Positions 27,937 to 32,000 of a stretch of 32,000 nt of DNA are shown here, piece after piece. Origin of the DNA: Okeania sp. (GTDB lineage Bacteria; Cyanobacteriota; Cyanobacteriia; Cyanobacteriales; Microcoleaceae). Numbering within the stretch: position 1 is the stretch's first letter; each line of letters begins with the position of its first letter. The notes below the pieces were generated by a model. That model saw nothing but the letters and a program-made list of their open reading frames with translations. It ran no database searches and was not told the origin of the DNA. Both the position numbers and the translations under genes were made by a program. Location: the NCBI RefSeq assembly GCF_035285525.1, contig NZ_JAYKGW010000168.1:37960-69959 (forward strand), read 5' to 3'.

Positions 27937-28108
27937 GTGAAGTAAACTTTCACCTTCAATTTTATCAGAAACCGGGTTTTTGGGAAACAAAAGTAAGTAT
28001 AGTAAGAGTTCTAAATACAAACCCGGTTTCTACCCTTGACAAATAATAATGTGACATTTCTTTTCACCCTCAGCATCAAACCAGAAAATAGGTGAAAATA
28101 TAATTCAC
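27937..28108. promoter_or_regulatory. three GTGA(A/C)-N7-TTCAC dyads in the divergent intergenic region
   Basis: GTGAAGTAAACTTTCAC at 27937-27953, GTGACATTTCTTTTCAC at 28051-28067 and GTGAAAATATAATTCAC at 28092-28108. All three have identical half-site spacing. A regulatory role is inferred only. Confidence 0.35.
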
Positions 28109-28296
28109 GTTTTGAATATTAATCTAAATATCTATACAATAATTATTGTAATTGTCTACTCCATCCCTTTTCTGTTTCTCTCTATTCTCTAAATATTAGG
28201 AATATATTAACAGGCAAGATTCTTGTGCCACTAAACTATTAATATAATCTCAGGAACAGGCAAGATGCCTCTGTTACATTTGGATATAAAAAAGTT

Positions 28297-29607
28297 ATGA
28301 AAAAAGAAGTATTTCAACATATTTTTCCCTCTAAATTAACAGAGGATGAATTACAAACACTAAAGTTGTTCTTAGATGGTCATAAAGATAAAGACATTGC
28401 TGATTCCATGAATTGGGATAGGTCAAATATTCCTAGAAAATTAAAAGCGATCGCTTTAAAATTTGACTATCCTAAAAACTCTGACTCTAGTTTTGTCAGA
28501 GAGTTTTTAGTAGAAATATTCAGCAAACATCAACCCCACTTAGTTTGTCAGAAATTGAAGGATAAATATCTTGCTAGTCCTAATAAAATTATAATTCCTG
28601 GTAGACCAGAGAAATTAGATTCTCCTTTTTATATAGAACGTAATCGAATTAGACGATGTTCTATTGAATCAGAATGTTATGAAAATATAGAAGTTCCTGA
28701 TTGTTTAATCAGAATCAAAGGACCGAAACAAATGGGTAAAACTTCTCTATGAACGCGGATAGAAGGTCATGCAATTAAAAACAAATATGAATCTATCTAT
28801 CTCAGATTTGATAAACTAATTGAACCAACAAATATTAAAAATATTAATGATTTTCTCAAAGCATTCAATAAAAATATTAAAAGTAGGTTTCCTGATGCTC
28901 CTAACTGGAATAGATGGGACGACCAAAATGCCAAAATATCTTGCACTGAAGAAATTGAAGCTCTCTTATATCATTTAGATAAAGTGGTAGTTTTAATCTT
29001 AGATGAAGTGGATGAAATTTTTAACTATCCAGAAATATCTAGAGACTTTTTTATCATGTTAAGAAGTTGGTATGAGGCTAGCAACCATAAAGAAATTTGG
29101 GAAAATTTACGAATGGTAATTGCTGATTCTACAGAATATCATGGCAAATTAGATATTCATCTTTCTCCTTTTAATGTTGGTTTACCTATAGAATTAAAAG
29201 AGTTTACACAAGAGCAAGTTACTCAGTTAGTATACTTACATCAATTACCAATAAAAGTAGTAAATAGTTTGATGTCTATAGTCGGAGGTCATCCTTATTT
29301 AATCAGATTAGGTTTATATAAAATGTCGGCAGATGAATTAACAATTGAAAAACTCTTAAAATATGCTGCGACTGAAAGTGGAATTTATCAACAACATTTA
29401 AGTAGACATTTAGAAACTTTGTCTAATCAAAAAAATATTAAAGCAGTTTTTAGCCAAATATTAAAAGCTAATTCACCTCTACGTTTACCCAATAAAAATA
29501 GAGAATTACATCAATTAGAAGCTATGGGATTAATTACAATTAAAGCTGATTTTGCTGAACCTTGTTGTAAATTATACCGAAAATATTTTCAGGAACGTCT
29601 ACTTTAA
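28297..29607 (+). pseudogene. LuxR/GerE-type HTH plus AAA-like (STAND-like) ATPase, interrupted by a single in-frame TGA at 28750-28752
   Basis: The N-terminus (LTEDELQTLKLFLDGHKDKDIADSMNWDRSNIPRKLKAIALKF) fits a LuxR-type HTH. Walker A GPKQMGKTSL is immediately followed by TGA. The same frame stays open through Walker B (VVVLILDEVDE) to 29607; track ORFs 28297-28752 and 28984-29607 are both in frame 1. The PDSPFYIER...IRIKGPKQMGKTS pattern resembles cyanobacterial AAA-like domain proteins. Confidence 0.65.
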
Positions 29608-29721
29608 AGTATTTAGCTATTAGCTAGCCTCCTGTGAAGGAACTGCTAGTTTATTCTGGTCAAAGTTTAGAGAAGGCAAAAACTTATCATCTTTAGCATA
29701 TAAGCACGGCTCAAAACTAAC

Positions 29722-29810
29722 AGGACTTACGCACATACCACATGTATAGCGTTTAAAACTATTGTACAATAGTTTTTTTCTCTACATATAGTATCTCCCG
29801 TGTAAGTCCT
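29722..29810. mobile_element. MITE-like element, AGGACTTAC family
   Basis: AGGACTTACGCA...CCGTGTAAGTCCT termini and a conserved TAAAACTATTGTACAATAGTTTTT core. Confidence 0.65.
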
Positions 29811-30022
29811 GACTAATAAAAAATTCCACCTTAAAAAATTCACTTTTACAGTTTTCTTGGCAGCAAAAAAACATCATATAGCGCTGTGCTGCCGTGCAAG
29901 AGGCAACAGGCAACAGGAAAAATAAATGCCCTATAATATAAGGCTTTTAGCTATTGGACACCTCCTGAAATTTGTAAATATTAAGTGCGCACATTGCTAT
30001 ATTATTTAGGAGGAAAACTCAA

Positions 30023-30610
30023 ATGAAAAATATTGCCAAACTCACAATTGGATTAATAACAGTTGGTCTCATTAGTTGTACTAAAGTAGTATTAGCCAAC
30101 CCCCAACGGCAAAACTCCACTACCTACGATACTACTAATATTTCTCAAGTTTCCACCCCAGAAGATAATACACTTCCTGATTTTGAAGCGGAGGTAGAGC
30201 GATCGCTACTAACACAGCGAAGCGGTTCCACTTTAGAAAAAGCATGGCTTTACAGTGATAACTTTGTGATATATGAATGGTTACGTTATAGTAATGGCGG
30301 AAAACTTCATTCTAGTGGCATATATATTGAACTAACGGGGAACAAATTGACTTTATACAACTCCCACCAGTTGGAGCCATTAGGACAAAATGCCAGATGT
30401 GGTGGTTTCGGATGCAATTTAGCTAAAGGTTCCCTGGTAGCAACCCTGATTTTTGAGCGTCAAGGAAATTTATTTCTTGTGCGTGAGGCTTCGGAAAGGG
30501 CAAGTTTCTTGCAAGGTGCTAAGTGTAGAGTCAAACCTAGTTACAATGACATACTAGAATGCTCGTCACAAAATTCTCCTGCTGTTTACAGGTTTGTTGT
30601 ACCAAGCTGA
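30023..30610 (+). CDS. secreted protein or putative lipoprotein, unknown function
   Basis: 195-aa ORF with GGAGG 8 nt upstream. It has a signal peptide with the lipobox-like LISC (MKNIAKLTIGLITVGLISC). No family recognised. Confidence 0.6.
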   Translation: MKNIAKLTIGLITVGLISCTKVVLANPQRQNSTTYDTTNISQVSTPEDNTLPDFEAEVERSLLTQRSGSTLEKAWLYSDNFVIYEWLRYSNGGKLHSSGIYIELTGNKLTLYNSHQLEPLGQNARCGGFGCNLAKGSLVATLIFERQGNLFLVREASERASFLQGAKCRVKPSYNDILECSSQNSPAVYRFVVPS

Positions 30611-30728
30611 TTAAATTAAACTCAGGCAAAGCGTTCGGACATCCATTTTTTGGTTCTTTACTGACATCGATCGCCCGAATGCTTTATCTCTACAAAAATT
30701 TAGGTCTTTAAAGAAAACGGTAGCATCT

Positions 30729-31244
30729 ATGAAAAAAATAACATCAATCTTGGCAATTTCTAGTTTATTATCTTTTGGCATTTCGTTCGTAGCGATCGCT
30801 TCCCCAGCAGTCACTACCATGCAGTTGAGTCTGAGAGTAAGTTGCCAAGATGCCATAGCATCCGTGAAACGAAAAATCCAGCAAAATCGAAATATTCTTG
30901 TTCGCTTTGAAGCTAGGGATATTGCCAATTATGGTTGGGAAACAGGGAAAATTCCAAGGGGTAAAAAAATCTTGGAGATTAATATGGGAGAAATGGGTAT
31001 GAAGGGCATGAAAGGAAACAGACAAGATATGTTAAATGTAATGAACTCCCCCAAATTGTTAAGTTCTCTGGCATCGGAAGTTATTAATGGTTGTAACGAT
31101 GTGAGTGGAATTAACATTGGAATTAGCCATACTGACTACGGACGAATGTATGGTTTAGTAGGCGATCGAGTGCAGCCATTCAAATGCCTTTCGGCAGATA
31201 GAAGCAGAAGAAATCTACCTTGGGGATATATGGTTTGTCTTTAA
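30729..31244 (+). CDS. secreted hypothetical protein
   Basis: 171-aa ORF with an N-terminal signal peptide MKKITSILAISSLLSFGISFVAIASPA. No family recognised. Confidence 0.55.
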   Translation: MKKITSILAISSLLSFGISFVAIASPAVTTMQLSLRVSCQDAIASVKRKIQQNRNILVRFEARDIANYGWETGKIPRGKKILEINMGEMGMKGMKGNRQDMLNVMNSPKLLSSLASEVINGCNDVSGINIGISHTDYGRMYGLVGDRVQPFKCLSADRSRRNLPWGYMVCL

Positions 31245-31264
31245 GTCTTGATGGAAAAAGTTCA

Positions 31265-31378
31265 GTAGGGTGCGTTACACTTTGCTAACGCACCGCATCT
31301 TCTATCAGGTTCGGTGGGTTACGACGGATTGCTAAATCTCTTTCATGATCTGAATTTATGCCGTCTAACGCACCCTAC
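31265..31378. mobile_element. MITE-like element with perfect 13-bp terminal inverted repeats GTAGGGTGCGTTA / TAACGCACCCTAC
   Basis: The arms at 31265-31277 and 31366-31378 are exact reverse complements. Related termini occur at about 633-750 and inside the 13437-13600 and 21644-21797 elements. Confidence 0.55.
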
Positions 31379-31416
31379 AAATTTGCTGATGTTTAGTAAA
31401 AAGGGAGTAGTCAAAA

Positions 31417-32000
31417 ATGAAAATATCTAAGTTCGGTACTTTAATAGCGATCGCTCCGGCAATTATTGCAAGTTGGGGAGTACCTTGGGTGCGTTCGCAA
31501 CCAATTCAACTTGCACAAAATTCTGACAACTTCTTTCAGGAATGTTTAAGAAATAGTAGAAATCAAAATCAAGCCGACATGAACTATTGTGCATATTTAG
31601 ACTATCAACAGGCAGATGACACCCTAAATCAACTCTATCAAAAATTGCGATCGCAACTCTCAAGCACTAACAAAGAATTATTAACGGATGCACAGTTAGC
31701 ATGGATTTCATTTAGAGATAAAGAGTGGGTATTGAGTGTATCCACAATGGGTAGAATAAGTCCTGGTGGCAGTATGTACCCTGGTATTAAATCAAACTTC
31801 TATGCAGATTTTACCAAAAAACGCAATGTCGAGCTAGAAGCTTATGTTCGCGGTAGAACTTTACAACCTAACAGGGCTTTGTTGCATGAATGTTGCGATC
31901 GCAACTTCTCTTCTGGGAAGAAGTTAATTGGTGAATTAGAATTCTACTTTGTAACTTTCTGGCTGACAATTCTGTATCATACGATTAAGTATGGCACATT
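31417..32000 (+). CDS. DUF1311/LprI-like (lysozyme inhibitor family) secreted protein; the ORF runs off the window end
   Basis: Not in the ORF track because no stop occurs before 32000. AAGGGAG lies 10 nt upstream of the ATG at 31417. It has a signal-like N-terminus. The DUF1311 pattern is C..........Q.DMNYCAYLDYQQADDTLNQLYQKL......LLTDAQLAWISFRDKE. The antisense track ORF 31463-31663 is discounted. Confidence 0.6.
   Translation, partial: MKISKFGTLIAIAPAIIASWGVPWVRSQPIQLAQNSDNFFQECLRNSRNQNQADMNYCAYLDYQQADDTLNQLYQKLRSQLSSTNKELLTDAQLAWISFRDKEWVLSVSTMGRISPGGSMYPGIKSNFYADFTKKRNVELEAYVRGRTLQPNRALLHECCDRNFSSGKKLIGELEFYFVTFWLTILYHTIKYGT

Larger units (their letters stand above)
27221..28031. repeat. 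six copies of the near-palindromic GAAACC(C/G)GGTTT(C) motif arranged as three pairs around the peptide gene
   Basis: Copies at 27221-27233, 27269-27280, 27783-27797, 27834-27848, 27967-27980 and 28018-28031. One further copy lies at 298-312. Confidence 0.7.

Noticed and set aside
8071-29810. Possibility that the recurring AGGACTTACGCA/TGCGTAAGTCCT sequences form a CRISPR array
   Set aside because: The copies are scattered over more than 20 kb and occur as inverted termini of elements 47 to about 165 bp long with conserved interiors. There is no regular repeat-spacer periodicity and no cas genes. MITE-like repeats explain them better.
1-32000. tRNA, rRNA or tmRNA genes
   Set aside because: A visual scan for T-loop-like GGTTCGAATCC or GGTTCAAATCC motifs on both strands found nothing convincing. 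The scan was not exhaustive, so tRNAscan-SE or Infernal should confirm this.

Overview
This window looks like a chromosomal segment of a filamentous, Nostocales-like cyanobacterium. It is AT-rich, has many HIP1 sites (GCGATCGC), carries 7- and 8-mer STRR-like tandem repeats, and is dense with small dispersed or MITE-like repeats. All protein calls come from reading the supplied ORF translations by eye; no searches were run.

The left two thirds hold mostly conserved genes. These are deoC, rpsU, a ferredoxin-MBL hydrolase, a DUF4335-like proline-rich protein with its usual small neighbour, and a DUF1565 beta-helix protein. They continue with thiE-thiS, a GTPase/DUF697 protein, a membrane pentapeptide-repeat protein and acs. 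They are interrupted by decayed genes (an HNH endonuclease and a lipoxygenase C-terminal stub) and by long repeat-filled non-coding stretches.

The most interesting region is about 22.8-29.6 kb. Three co-oriented minus-strand genes look like an unusual split lanthipeptide-type RiPP system:
- A 92-aa peptide gene carries two tandem Cys/Ser/Thr-rich modules (ANYLSCTxCTCSxTVG). These sit N-terminal to a long helical tail instead of at the C-terminus.
- A 387-aa protein of unknown family may be a stand-alone lyase or a recognition partner.
- A Ser/Thr-kinase plus LanC-cyclase fusion lacks a full-size lyase domain and has a CCG (three-Cys) zinc motif.

A LuxR-HTH/AAA-like ATPase gene is transcribed divergently from them and is interrupted by one in-frame TGA. 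The peptide gene is bracketed by MITEs, GAAACCCGGTTTC dyads and three GTGAA-N7-TTCAC dyads. The right end encodes three small secreted proteins, including one DUF1311/LprI-like protein.
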